Assembly: GCA_951406725.2 (NCBI GenBank)
Contig: OX597814.1
Span: forward strand, 176,762,001 to 176,826,000
Source of the DNA: Octopus vulgaris
Taxonomy: Eukaryota
Reading direction: 5' to 3'
DNA length: 64,000 bases
The notes beneath the pieces are model-generated. The model had not been told where the DNA came from and ran no database searches. It worked only from the letters and a program-made list of their open reading frames with translations. This document shows positions 53,050-64,000 of this stretch, in pieces. The position numbers and the translations under genes are program-made. How positions within the stretch are numbered: the first letter of the stretch is position 1; every line of letters begins with the position of its first letter.

Positions 53050-54269
53050 TTAAATACATTTTCAGTTTAATGTACCTGTTGACGGACTGAATACTTGTTC
53101 TCTGACCTAAGAGAATAAATCTAAGTTGGGTGCCACAGCTGCAGACAAGAACTGACTCCAAGAAATGGTAACTCTGAAACCATAACATGAGTTGATTTTA
53201 GTAGCAATGCAAAGTTTTAAAATATTAAATTAAAAATCCATATTATGTTATTAATTAATTGTCCTTAATGTTGCTCTTTGCAAATGTTTTTATTATTATT
53301 ATTATTATTATTATATATTATTATTTCTATTATTATTATTACTTATAGGCTGTTCAGGGGCCTTACTTGCTTGCCCTTTGGCTGTAGGGGCCAAAGGATA
53401 AATTGAACATTTGCTATACAGGTGTACCTTCTCTAATATACATATTTCCAAAAGAGATAAGCACTAATTAGCAAACATTTTCTATCACAGTCAATATTCA
53501 TTTTTAGAATTAACCACGGGGGAGAAAAAAAAAAAAAAAGATCCAAATTAGAAGAAAAAAAAAATGAAAAATTAGGAATAAAAGATAGATTTTTCTTACG
53601 GAACAGCAGAAAATTGCACATTTACGATAGAGTATTTCAGTTGTAGGTAAAACTGCTGTTACCAACAACTGATAACAATTGCATAGTTTTAAACTGTATA
53701 CAATAAGAGGTGGCGGGTTGGGAATCAAAAGATGCGGTCAACCAAAGTAACTAGGTTTTAAAAACATAACAAGTTAACAAATAAAGGAGAATTAAAATAC
53801 TTGTTAAGAAGAAGTTTAAAAAAAAAAAAAGAAAAGAAGGAAACTCCAGGAATTTAGTTTATATCTTTGGTTGTAGCTTTTGCTTCTTGGATTTTAGTAG
53901 ATTTAGTAGTTATTTTGTATCGTTTATCTTAGCTTTCCATTTTTCAACAAGCAAGTGTTAAGGAATACTAATTAGGATACAGAAATTAGTTTAGAAAATT
54001 AAAAAAAAAAAAAAAGAAAGAAAGTGGGGTTAAAAAAAAAACAAACAACAGCTGAAAACTAAATTGCCACTGTGAACATTTTGTTTCTTCGTTTTATCTA
54101 GTTTGAATATAGGTAAAGTCAATCTATTCAAACCTCAAAAGCCAGGTAGATAATATATTTATTGCTGCAATCATAAGACATCCAAACATAGCCATAGTAA
54201 CATACATACATACAGTATATGAAAGATGCATGCAAACAAGAGATGTCCAACAAGGAGAATATGCAGACC
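53050..54269 (-). other. Probable 3' UTR of the peptidase-like gene
   Basis: Repeat-free and U-rich on the minus strand, directly after the stop; the true 3' end is not determinable. Confidence 0.45.
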
Positions 54270-54823
54270 TTAACTTTTGAAATAATGGACGTAAACATTA
54301 TTTCTATGCGAGAAACCATGTACAAGATATCTTTGTCTACCTGTTGTGTAATCATGGAGGTGTGTGATTGGTGAGGACACAAAAGAAGAAGCAGCAGCAG
54401 CGGCCGCAGCAGAACTGCTTACAGGAGGAGGAGGAGGGGAAGGAAGAGCTAGTGTCGACGTGGCAGAATCAGAGCTTTCATTGTTAAAGTCTGTACAGTT
54501 ATCATTACCATCACAACCATCAATTTTACTTGTTCTTTGGTTGCAGCTGCCACTACTGCTGCTGCAACTGCCACTGCAGCTGTTCGGGTCGTCCATGCCA
54601 TTACTGTCTTCGGTGCCGAGCGGCAGCAGCTCTCGTGAAAGGTTAATCTGAAGAGGCAGGTTCGGGACATGCTTTAAATGCTGATATACGTCCATGTCTG
54701 CACGCACAAATAGAGTGATACCAGCGCGATAGGCGGCTGGAATACGGATGTGTTGAGTAAGTTGTGGTCGATAGCCAGGGACGCGAGGCATGCTAGCTTC
54801 ACGAAGTACATTGACTACTTGAC
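54270..54823 (-). CDS. Terminal coding exon 6: (G)QVVNVLREASMPRVPGYRPQ...HYFKS*, with a Ser/Pro/Ala low-complexity tail
   Basis: Acceptor ctttttctttcag, 554 nt to TAA at 54270-54272. The six exons total 1215 nt = 404 aa plus stop, with no internal stop. Confidence 0.85.
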
Positions 54824-55579
54824 CTGAAAGAAAAAGGATAAATGAATTTAAAAACAAACAAACAAACAGAATTTAAATATGAAATATTGCCAGTAGGGGT
54901 AAAATCCACATTTTGGATAATGCAGCCCACCTACTAAAAATAAACTATTTATCAAGCAAATGAAGGAGTTACTATGTGATTGCTTGACCTGCTAGAATTA
55001 TCAGCAAAATCCCCTCCAAATTACATTGAAAACCCACCCACCACAACAGAATTGAGATTCTAAAACCAAGTTACCACACAAAAGGCATTGATGTGGGTGC
55101 TGGTGCTATGTAAAAAGCACCTAGTACACTCTGTAAAGTGGCTGGCACTAGCAAGGGTGTCCAGACATAGGAACCAAGCCAAAACAGACCATGGAACCTA
55201 GCACGACCCTAGCCTTGCCAATTCTTGTCAAGCCGTTCCAAACCATGCCAATATGGAAAATGGATGGTTGATGATGACGTTGATGATATCTTGGAAAAAA
55301 AAAAAATAAAAAGAAAAAAAAGAAGAGAGAGCTGCCTGAACAAAAACTGGATGGTCACAGGTGGGATGCTGTCGATAACAGTGCTGACCTGGGGTTAAAC
55401 AGCAAATACTTGCAATATATGCACCTCTTACAAGGTTCTGCAAGGAATTTATAATGTAGTTAAATGAGATTGTGTGACATTCATACTCTTCATAATTATT
55501 AGTAACACTTTTGAAGAGAAAGCACTAAAAAGGGGAACTGAAACCTGCTCACTGGGTCAGTAAGCCAGGTAGAGTGATG

Positions 55580-56190
55580 GGACTGCATGGCTGTGATGTT
55601 AAGAAACTTGCTTTGCAAACATGTGACTTTAGGTTCAGTACCAGAGTGTGGCACTGCACCTTGAGCAAGTCACTTCTGTAGTAGCTCTGAGTTGACCAAT
55701 ACCTTGTTAGTGAACTTAGTAGATAAAAACTATGTGAAAGTCCATTGTATATATATATATGTGTGTGTGTGTTATGCCAACACCACTTGACAACTGGTGT
55801 TGGTTTGTTTATGTTCTTTTAACTTTTGCAGTTTGGTAAAAGAGATTGATAGAATAAGTAGCTGACTTAAAAAAAAAACAACATAAAACTAAGAACTGGG
55901 ATGGATTTGTTTGACTAAACCCATCAAGGCAGTGTCCCAGCATGGCTGCAGTTCAATGACTGACACATATATAATTTTCTTTTCTACTCTAGGCACAAGG
56001 CCTGAAATTTTCGGGGAGGGGGTAGTCGATTAGCTCGACCCCAGTGCACAACTGGTACTCAATTTATCGACCCCGAAAGGATGAAAGGCAAAATTTACCT
56101 TGGCGGAATTTGAACTCAGAACGTAAAGACAGACAAAATACTGCTAAGTATTTCGCCTGGCGTGCCAACGTTTCTGCCAGCTCGCCGCCT
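55580..56190. mobile_element. Old SINE family A (+, 55580-55965) followed by family B (minus, 55980-56190), in intron 5
   Basis: Homology to other copies. Confidence 0.78.
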
Positions 56191-56619
56191 TATGACACAT
56201 ATATAATTTTTCGACTTGGAACTTATTGCAAAGCTGCAGGATCAGCAACATTTTTTGTCTTCCCATTGAGGGAGGCAGCAGGGGGTCAGTTCAATTTTTT
56301 TTTACTATCTAACCTCTTTCTTTCTCCCTCTCTCTTTTTCTGCTGATTGTTTTCAACCATCACCATCATTACCACAACACACCATTCAGACTTCTGACAC
56401 CACCACCATCAATACCTTTCATCTTGTCTGACCACGTGAGTATGGAAAAGTGGACATTAAAATAATACTGATGATGATGGCATGTATACACGTACATGCA
56501 CACATACACATATTCTCGCATTTATATTGAACATTTTGAGCAAGGCAATATGCATCCAATGAACCAACCATTATGAAATCAGGAAAGAAATTAAAAGGTC
56601 CAAAAACAGAGCACAGTAC

Positions 56620-56802
56620 CTAATACATTCATAGTTCTCCACCGATGGGGTTCATCATGACACATTAAATTGGACAAGTTAGTGTCTTCGTGGAAACGGC
56701 TGATGATATCTTGTCGCTTGATCAACAGAACCCTATCACTTGTTAGTTGTTGCATTAAATGTTTTTCACTCACCAATTTCAAAGGGTTTGTCATGTAAGC
56801 AC
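56620..56802 (-). CDS. Coding exon 5: (G)AYMTNPLKLVSEKHLMQQLTSDRVLLIKRQDIISRFHEDTNLSNLMCHDEPHRWRTMNVL
   Basis: Acceptor gtcatttcag, 183 nt, phase 1/1, donor GTACTG; holds YMTNP (putative Asn165); overlaps ORF 56591..56794. Confidence 0.85.
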
Positions 56803-56918
56803 CTGAAATGACAGTGTTCGCATTTTATTAAAATAAAAAGGAAAATAATAAAACAAACAATAGTAAAAGTCAAAATTATTTAACGTGAATGCTACAAACA
56901 AAATAGCTATCTTTTGTA

Positions 56919-57437
56919 CATTATTTATATTTGATGGATATTTGTCCTCATCTTGTTTGTTGTTAACATGTTTCGGCTGATACACCCTCCAGCCTTTATC
57001 AGGTGTCTTGGGGAAATTTCTAATCTGGGTTCTCATTCCTAAGGTATTTTTCAATATTATTATTATTATTATTCAGGTCACTGCCTGGAATTGAACTTGG
57101 AATCTTGGGGTTAGTAGCCTGTGCTCTTAACCACTATGCCATATGCCTGTGGGAAATTAATAAAGTGAATTTTAGGGCTTATAAATCTAATATTTTCTAA
57201 TCCTTCCTTAATACCGGTTCCCATATGCTGCTAATATCTGCACTCGGTTTGCTTAGGAGGTTGTTGTGTTCTAGCATATGTGCTGCTGCTTTTAGTTTTC
57301 ATACTTTTCAGTGGTGTTCTCTGTCTATTATTTTAATTTCATCTCACATGATCAGCTATACCCGATTTATGAATATCTCCTCGTGTCACAGCTTTGCGAT
57401 GTTCGTCTACCCTCATCTCTTAAATTATAGAAGTGTG
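56919..57437 (-). mobile_element. 5'-truncated Penelope-like element in intron 4: GIY-YIG C-terminal remnant (57197-57416), tRNA-like cassette (57075-57148), mutated hammerhead (56961-57007), 14-bp TSD
   Basis: Reads MRVDEHRKAVTRGDIHKSGIADHV..IKIIDREHH*KV*KLKAAAHM..N.LSKPS..IWEPVLRKD*; TSD agctatcttttgta at 56905-18 and 57438-51. Confidence 0.85.
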
Positions 57438-57939
57438 AGCTATCTTTTGTATCATAATATATATACATATATATGATGCCAAGTAAAAAGCATCCAATCC
57501 ACACTGTAAAGAGGTTGGTGTTAGGAAGGGCATCCAGCTGTAAAAACCCTGCCAAAACAGACACACAAGTCTGGTGCAGGCTCCTGCCTGGTCAGCTCCT
57601 GTCAAAATGTCCAACCCACGCTGGCATGGTAGGCAGATGTTAAAGATGATGACGATGATATCATTGACAGTCAAATTATTGCGTTTTTTTTTTATTTGAG
57701 ATAAAATCTCTTACAGAAAATGCTGTGTTAAAAAATGCAATGTATATCAGAGAAAGAAGAAAAATCGTCTTAGCAATGGATAGCAACAGTGTCAGATGCA
57801 TTTTGGCTTTCTTGGGCCTTATTATTGACATGTACTTGTAGCTACATGCCAAGGCGAGATCTGTCAACTCCAACAATACATTCGCTGGTATTGAAAGTGG
57901 CTTCTGGGTTGAATAAATAATCCAGTTTATGCAACTGAA

Positions 57940-58292
57940 AGTGAAGGCGCATGGCTCAGTGGTTAGAGCGTCGAGCTTACGATCGTGAGGTTGTGAGCTC
58001 GAATCCTGGACCGGGCTGCGTGTTGTGTTCTTGAGCAAGGCACTTTATTTCACGTTGCTCCAGTTCACTCAGCTGTAGAAATGAGTTGTGACGTCACAGG
58101 TGCCAAGCTGTATCGACCTTTGTCTTTCCCTTGGATAACACTGGTGGCGTGGAGAGGGGAGGCTGGTATGCATGGGCGACTGCTGGTCTTCCATAAACAA
58201 CCTTGCCCGGACTTGTGTCTAGGAGGGTAACTTTCTAGGTGCAATCCCATGGTCATTCATGACCGAGGGGGGGGGTCTTTAAAAAAAAAAAA
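57940..58292 (+). mobile_element. Young tRNA-derived CORE-like SINE with A-rich end and 11-bp TSD atgcaactgaa
   Basis: A-box tggctcagtgg, B-box-like gctcgaatcc, core gtgttcttgagcaaggcactt..ctcagctgtagaaatgagt; TSD at 57929-39 and 58293-303. Confidence 0.85.
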
Positions 58293-58531
58293 ATGCAACT
58301 GAAGCAGCATCGATTTAAATTACCGCCTATATATCATACTCAGTGAACCGCAAGCTTGAGTAATAATAATATACTTGCAAAACAGGCAAGGGTTGGGGGA
58401 GACAGGAAGAGCATCTGGTTGTAAAATACTACCTGAGATAAAGTACCATTTCCAATGTGTACCAGAACAAGGAAAAGGTTGCAAAATGAGTGCATGAATG
58501 AACAAATGAACTAATCAATAAGTATTCTCAC

Positions 58532-58636
58532 CCTTTGAACTAACACCATAGATCATTTGATGATGCCAGGAGTCTGGGATCGCCCAGCCAGGTTGAACTG
58601 CCTTTTGGATATTTAAAGTAGCAATAGGTACTGCAT
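58532..58636 (-). CDS. Coding exon 4: (D)AVPIATLNIQKAVQPGWAIPDSWHHQMIYGVSSK
   Basis: Acceptor ttttatttcag, 105 nt, phase 1/1, donor GTGAGA; holds the putative catalytic His149 (WHHQMIYG). Confidence 0.85.
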
Positions 58637-58665
58637 CTGAAATAAAATATAAACAAATGGTTTTT

Positions 58666-58698
<33 letters not shown>

Positions 58699-59348
58699 TA
58701 ACTTTAATAGTATAATCACAGAGTACCAGCCACATTTAAGTTATAAGATCTGTGTGATCTAAATGCCCTGTTCTCAGTTCAGAGTTTAAATCCCATTTGA
58801 GTTGACTTTGCTTTTCCTCCCTCCAAGCTGGATGCTAGATAAAATAAACACCAGTAACATATTGCATCCACCACAAGTGCCATTCTTTGTTACGGTGTAG
58901 TTGGCTTGTTTGTTTCAATGACCATGAGAGCTATACCAGCAGATAGCAAGCAGCTGGGAGGGCCTCCAAAGCTGCACAGGTCAAAGGTTAGAGGTCAGAC
59001 TAAAATAGACTTCCTCTTCCTAACAATACTACCAAGAAAAATAAGCAAAGTTGTCAATATTAATTTAAAGCCAACAAAACCTGGGAAAAGAAGGCCACCT
59101 CTCAGCTGCATTGAAATCCAAAAGGATCTCCTGCTTTACATGTCATGTTCTGACATGAATCCGCAAGGGAGGTATAAGAGAGCTCAAAACAGCTGGAGGC
59201 AGACTCACTAAAAACAGCTGGAGGCAGACTCACTAAAAACAGCTGGAGGCCAGAGGGGTCCATCTGGATAAAAACAGAAAGCTTGAAGTAGAGAAAAGTG
59301 AAGAAAAGTTATTGCTAGCCTGTGCTCCATATGGAATGAAAGGCTTAA

Positions 59349-59716
59349 CCCTTTAGCATTTAAACCAGCCTGTGTCCAGGTAAGTTCACTGCCATCAATT
59401 CACCACAGGGAAAGTTCCGTCATCAGTTCACTTTTTTTTTTTTTCTTCAATAAAATAGTTTTTGACTATTAATGGTGAGATACTATGGATAATTTTCTTG
59501 GTAAACTCTTCTTGCAGTGAACTTTCCTCAAGGTGAACTTTCTTTATGGTGAATTGATGGCAGTGAACTCACCAGTAATTAAAGTATCCATATCTGGCCC
59601 AAATTTTCTACCTATTTTATGCACAAGCTGGTCAAATCTAACCTCTTACACCTATTCTACAATGTCATCCTAAAAATAAGCATTACGTTTGACAGAGTAA
59701 GCTGAATGCTACAGGG
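59349..59716. mobile_element. piggyBac-type MITE with a nested inverted-repeat insert (27-bp arms 59379-59405 / 59547-59573)
   Basis: TTAA-ccctttagcatt ... aatgctacaggg-TTAA; inner ggtaagttcactgccatcaattcacca and its complement. Confidence 0.8.
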
Positions 59717-60214
59717 TTAAGTGAAGTGAAGTGAACAGTGTACAACTAACTATATCCTTTCCTATAAAAATCTGTGGCTTTGTACTAAAGCTAGAAACCC
59801 ACTGTACATTGCAAAGTGCAGTGTGGTTTTGAGTGCAGTATGATAGAGATGTGAAATAGTAGGAGGGCTGGATTTTGTGGTCTCATTCTTCAACAAACTA
59901 TCAACATTCCACAGGTCTGCTGAAGCTGGACTGACTAGCGTGACACAAGAGACGTTACTGTAGTTATGGACTAATGATTCAAGTAGAGAAATGGTAGAAA
60001 TAGACATAATAAACTTAGTAAAGGTACATAATTTATTAGAACATAAACTGATGAAACTGTGGATCAAGTGGGATTAGTCCAACCAGAGAGCAGTCAACTC
60101 CATGGATCAGATGCAGAACTGTTGAACCCATAACAACAGAAGAATACATGTGATGATGATGACAATGGGAAAACAAATATCAAAGGCCAAATGGGGATAT
60201 TTAAAAAAAAAAAA

Positions 60215-60507
60215 ACATTCGAGTGAGGTCGTTGCCAGTGCCGCTGGACTGGCTCCTGTGCAAGTGGCATATAAAAAAATACCATTTGAGCGTAACCATT
60301 GCCAGTACTACCTGACTGGCCCTCGTGCCGGTGACACGTAAAGGCACCCACTACACTCTGGGAGTGGTTGGCGTTAGGAAGGGCATCCAGCTGTAGAAAC
60401 TCTGCAAGATCAGATTGGAGTCTGGTGCAGCCATCTGGTTCACCAGACCTCAGTCAAATCATCCAACCATGCTAGCATGGAAAGCGGATGTTAAACGATG
60501 ATGATGA
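60215..60507 (+). mobile_element. RTE 3' UTR copy in intron 3
   Basis: Repeat units and (GAT)n tail. Confidence 0.8.
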
Positions 60508-60668
60508 AATTTAATTTTTTTTTTTAAAGAATCTAAATAATCTAATTTTTAGCATTTTAATCATAGATACAAAAAAAAATGTGAGAGATGTTAATATGAA
60601 TATGCTAATTATTTCAGCAAATAAAACAAGTTTTAAGAAATCCATGAGAAGGAAAATTTCATTTCAAC

Positions 60669-60800
60669 CTTTTTTAATCCATTCTCCAAGCCATTTCAAA
60701 ACTTGAACATCACGGGGTGGATAGAAATCAAAAAATCTCCCTTTAATGGTTCCATTTGTCAAAGATTCAACAAACTTGATTAAATCCTCAGCAGTAGTTC
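60669..60800 (-). CDS. Coding exon 3: (G)TTAEDLIKFVESLTNGTIKGRFFDFYPPRDVQVLKWLGEWIKK
   Basis: Pyrimidine-rich acceptor tctccttctctatctag-like, 132 nt, phase 1/1, weak GTTGAA donor; overlaps ORF 60664..60846. Confidence 0.85.
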
Positions 60801-61534
60801 CTAGATAGAGAAGAGGAGAAACACAGAAATACAGAATATGAACCAATGGAAGAGGATGGACAAAGAAATCGGAAAAGAAATCATAAAATTAAAAATATAA
60901 TACTTTTACTTATTACTACATTTCAAGGTATCTCCATAAACTATAGAATATTTTCTGAAAGTTGACTTTATAAGTTGTTTGATTATAGACTTAGAAAATA
61001 AATGCAATGGTTATGAGGTAAAGATACTGCCAGGCCAGAGCCTTACATTCTGTTGTTAGTGGTACCTAATACATGTCACATTTGGATAGTGAAATTTATT
61101 TAGAAAAAGTTATCTGGCTATAAAACAAAATTTTAATACTGAAATGAATTGAATTATAACAAACTTGTTATATGGTGGATTGCCAGAATCAGTAGAGACA
61201 CAGATAAAAGTGCTTTGTGGAATCTAACTTTGCTTTCTTACATTCTGTGTTCAAATCTTGATGAAGGTGACTTCAGCCTTTTATATTGGGGTTGCTATAA
61301 CAATGTATGAAACATGTACCTGTGGTTGATGCAATTAAAATTAAGCCCAGTTCCCAAAATGTAAGGCCTTTTGCCTGGGCTAGAAATCCTTATTAGTTGT
61401 AAGAAAAAAAAGAAAAAAAAAGCTATTTCTATTTCACATTAATGTTAATAATTTAAAACTAAATTTCATGGGGTATCATTTGGTACTGAAACACCTCACA
61501 AGTAGTTTCTGAGTGTTACAAAAAATTTACTTAC

Positions 61535-61646
61535 CTGCTTTTGCTCTAGAAAATAAGTACTGTGGAATTGGAGCTGTGGAGTCTCTCAAATTGATTGGAG
61601 CCTTTTCTAATACTTTAGGTTTGTCCAATAAGATATTAAATGCATT
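61535..61646 (-). CDS. Coding exon 2: NAFNILLDKPKVLEKAPINLRDSTAPIPQYLFSRAKA-G
   Basis: Acceptor ttacttctgctag, 112 nt open, donor GTAAGT; phase 0 in, phase 1 out, matching neighbours. Confidence 0.85.
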
Positions 61647-62409
61647 CTAGCAGAAGTAATAAATAAATAAATAAAATTAAAATATCTAATATAAATTCTG
61701 TGTAATAATAGAGGTAAAAAAAAAAAGAAAAAAGAAAAGAAAAAACCCCAACATTTGTAACACATTAAAATATAAGGAAACATGTCACAACAGACTAAGA
61801 CTGATTTCCATCTCATTTAGCAGTTTTTATTGCCAACCAGGTTATTGTAAAATATTTAGGGAAGGTACTTAACTCTTTATGCTTCATCCAGAAGGCCTCA
61901 CAACACTTATTGTAAGCAGCCTCAGGAAGGAAGTTTTACAATCTTTAGTTTTTTTTTCCTCATTTTTTGAATAGTCGGGTCTGAAGGACTTTGACTAGTA
62001 AGATTGAGGTTATTAATGTTCCTACTGAAATTTTGAATGTCACCAACACTAGGGAAAAACATGAGTAAGGAGGGAGCTTTAGAGGGAACAACATTCTGGA
62101 AAGGAAAACTGGAATGAAGAACTGAGTATAGTGTTTAGTGCAGAGTCTGGGGTTGGGCATTGGATATAACAAGAGAGGAAAATTAAGATGAGTGAGTTGG
62201 GAATGCCTGAGTGAGATGGTATAAGCTCAACAGAAGAGGTAGAAAAGGCAGAGTGAGGAAACAGCAACTGTAGACTTCTTCTCAAACCATTTCCTCAACG
62301 TCTTCCACTAAAAAAGAGAAGTAATCCTGCCTCTTCCACTCATCATGATCATTATCATTTCACATCTGCCTTCTGTGCCATACAAGAAGATAATGGCGTT
62401 AATGCAAAA

Positions 62410-63090
62410 CTGTGAGATGACAGTAAACACACATGTATATATATCTCCTCTCCCCTTCACTGTTTCCTCTCTCTCACTCCTCCTCCTCGACTCTCTCGTC
62501 GCTGACACGTGACAAAAGAGAAACTACCTTTCTACCCACAACCTTCGTAAAGACTAAACGTGCTTATACTCTCTTTCATAAGCTCGTCTTCCTAAGCGTT
62601 CAGAATAATTTTTCCATCATCTTGGCTTAACAGCCCTCACTGTTTCTTTTTACTGTTTTGTTCTCATTGTTCTGTCTTTTACAGTTTTTATTTTTTTATT
62701 GTTTTTACTGTTTTGTTCTCATTGTCCTGTTCTTGTTACCACTTTCACCCTCCACAAAAAAATCCCAAATTTTATTTAATTTGCTTTGCGGGAAGGACTG
62801 TTTCAAGGAAGTCATGTCTTGTCCTTGCCTTCGAAACGTGGAGTAGTTGAAACAGGGACAACTGAAGAAGGGGAATAGTCTTTATGCTGTATGTCTTGTT
62901 TCTTTGTATTTTTTCATTGTTCAAAAAAAGATCGCTTCTATGCTTTTGTTTTTATGTTTTCGTTTCTCCTTGTGTTCAACGTTTTTTTGATGTCCTGTAC
63001 CCAAATACGCATGTGTATATACATATAGATGTAGGTATGTACATATATGAATGTATATATGCATATATTTATATATTATTTATATTAATA
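62410..63090 (+). mobile_element. Interspersed repeat homologous to 37185-37800 (probable PLE pseudo-LTR), intron 1
   Basis: Same motif order: cataagctc..ttggctta.cagccctc..aatcccaaatttta..gggacaactgaagaagggg. Confidence 0.55.
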
Positions 63091-63655
63091 TATATATATG
63101 GAGAGAGAGAGAGAGAGAGAGAGACAAACATATTTATATAAAAATATACAACATAATACACAAACACGCATGTTTAAATTAAAATATAATATATAAAAAA
63201 AATAGCATTTTTTTAATACAAACATATGTTTAAGGGGAAAAATTCATATAAATGAATTAAAGGATGATATACTAAATGATGAAGTACACAAAAATTTTAC
63301 AATTAACTGAAATTTCCCTCTTAACTGGATCAAAGCAGTTTCATTGTGACTAAACTTCACAGCTGAAGTACACATCTGCAGCTGTCACCTGATCTAAGCT
63401 CAGATTTTTTTTTTCCTGTTAAGCATGAAAATTCCTGTTTTGAATTCTTGAAATTTTCTCTCCTTTATTTTGAAAATTTGTTAGCATTTACCATAAGGGC
63501 TTTGTTTTCTTACTCCAGATTAGAATGAAATAGCGAATTTGAGAATTATTTTGTATGTATCATGTAGTATGTTGGCCAGTAACTTACATATTACAGAAGA
63601 CAGTGGGTGTATATTTGAAAACATAAAGAAAAAGTAATAGGGTTGAATAACTTAC

Positions 63656-63784
63656 CAACATGTTAAGGACAGCAATAGGGCCACATGCGGAAACTTCAGT
63701 CTCTGACCGTTTCACTTGTCTATGGTAAGCTTGGTTCTCATCCCAAATCATTACACGTTCTACACTAGATCTTCTTGACTTCAT
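63656..63784 (-). CDS. Coding exon 1 (in window) of an uncharacterised C39-like/papain-fold cysteine peptidase gene: MKSRRSSVERVMIWDENQAYHRQVKRSETEVSACGPIAVLNML
   Basis: ATG at 63784; 129 nt ending at a GTAAGT donor (63655), phase 0. An acceptor (ttatttcttgtgacag) lies 12 nt upstream in frame, so the exon may start at 63796 and coding may continue outside the window. Contains ACGP with the putative nucleophile Cys34. Confidence 0.85.
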
Positions 63785-63937
63785 AGAGTGGTTCTTCTGT
63801 CACAAGAAATAACAGTAAAAATGATGTACAAGCAGGGATACAAGAGGCAGTGACAGGTGGGGGTGGTGCAATACGGAAATAATAAGCAACAAATAAAAGT
63901 AAAAAAATAAAGAAATGTCATTCATATATATATATAT

Positions 63938-64000
63938 GCACCGGTGGCACGTAAAAAGCACCCACTACACTCTCGGAGTGGTTGGTGTTAGGAAGGGCAT
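63938..64000 (+). mobile_element. RTE 3' UTR copy cut by the window edge
   Basis: ggtggcacgtaaaaagcacccactacactc. Confidence 0.75.

Noticed and set aside
52774-53053. Overlapping 78-aa and 90-aa ORFs
   Set aside because: No recognisable motif or splice context; adjacent to a piggyBac-like end fragment.
53075-53105. Possible 31-nt minus-strand micro-exon (ttag|GTCAGAG...CAACAG|gtacat)
   Set aside because: It lies downstream of the stop codon, no partner exons were found, and such sites arise by chance.
54364-54651. Antisense 95-aa ORF
   Set aside because: A shadow of the real exon 6 on the opposite strand.
57075-57148. Functional tRNA-Ser(ACT)
   Set aside because: Stems are imperfect, there is no long variable arm, and it is embedded in a PLE; treated only as a tRNA-like cassette.
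57945-58017. tRNA gene
   Set aside because: It is the tRNA-derived head of a SINE: it runs into a CORE-like body and A-rich tail within a TSD, and lacks a proper acceptor stem.

Overview
AT-rich, repeat-saturated eukaryotic DNA. The SINE/LINE repertoire and microsatellite load look like a coleoid cephalopod (Octopus-like); this is inferred from recall of repeat families, not from a search. One real protein-coding gene is recoverable: six coding exons on the minus strand (63784 down to 54270, about 404 aa, possibly 5'-incomplete), with phase-consistent GT-AG introns. It encodes an uncharacterised protein with a papain-fold/peptidase-C39-like Cys-His-Asn signature and a low-complexity tail. Nearly everything else is mobile DNA: two Tc1 copies, a maT/DD37D relic, a mariner fragment, piggyBac- and Merlin-like MITEs, RTE, CR1/L2, R4/Dong and Tx1-like LINE relics, and at least four tRNA-derived SINE families. 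There are also 19-bp and 23-bp minisatellites. Highlights: (1) several Penelope-like element (PLE) insertions that form asymmetric head-to-head fold-backs and carry minimal hammerhead ribozyme motifs; (2) a PLE family with a tRNA-like Pol III cassette just upstream of its hammerhead; (3) three insertions of one SINE family at the same position of another SINE family; (4) a templated-repair scar beside a Tc1 insertion. Most ORFs in the supplied track are microsatellite or repeat artefacts.
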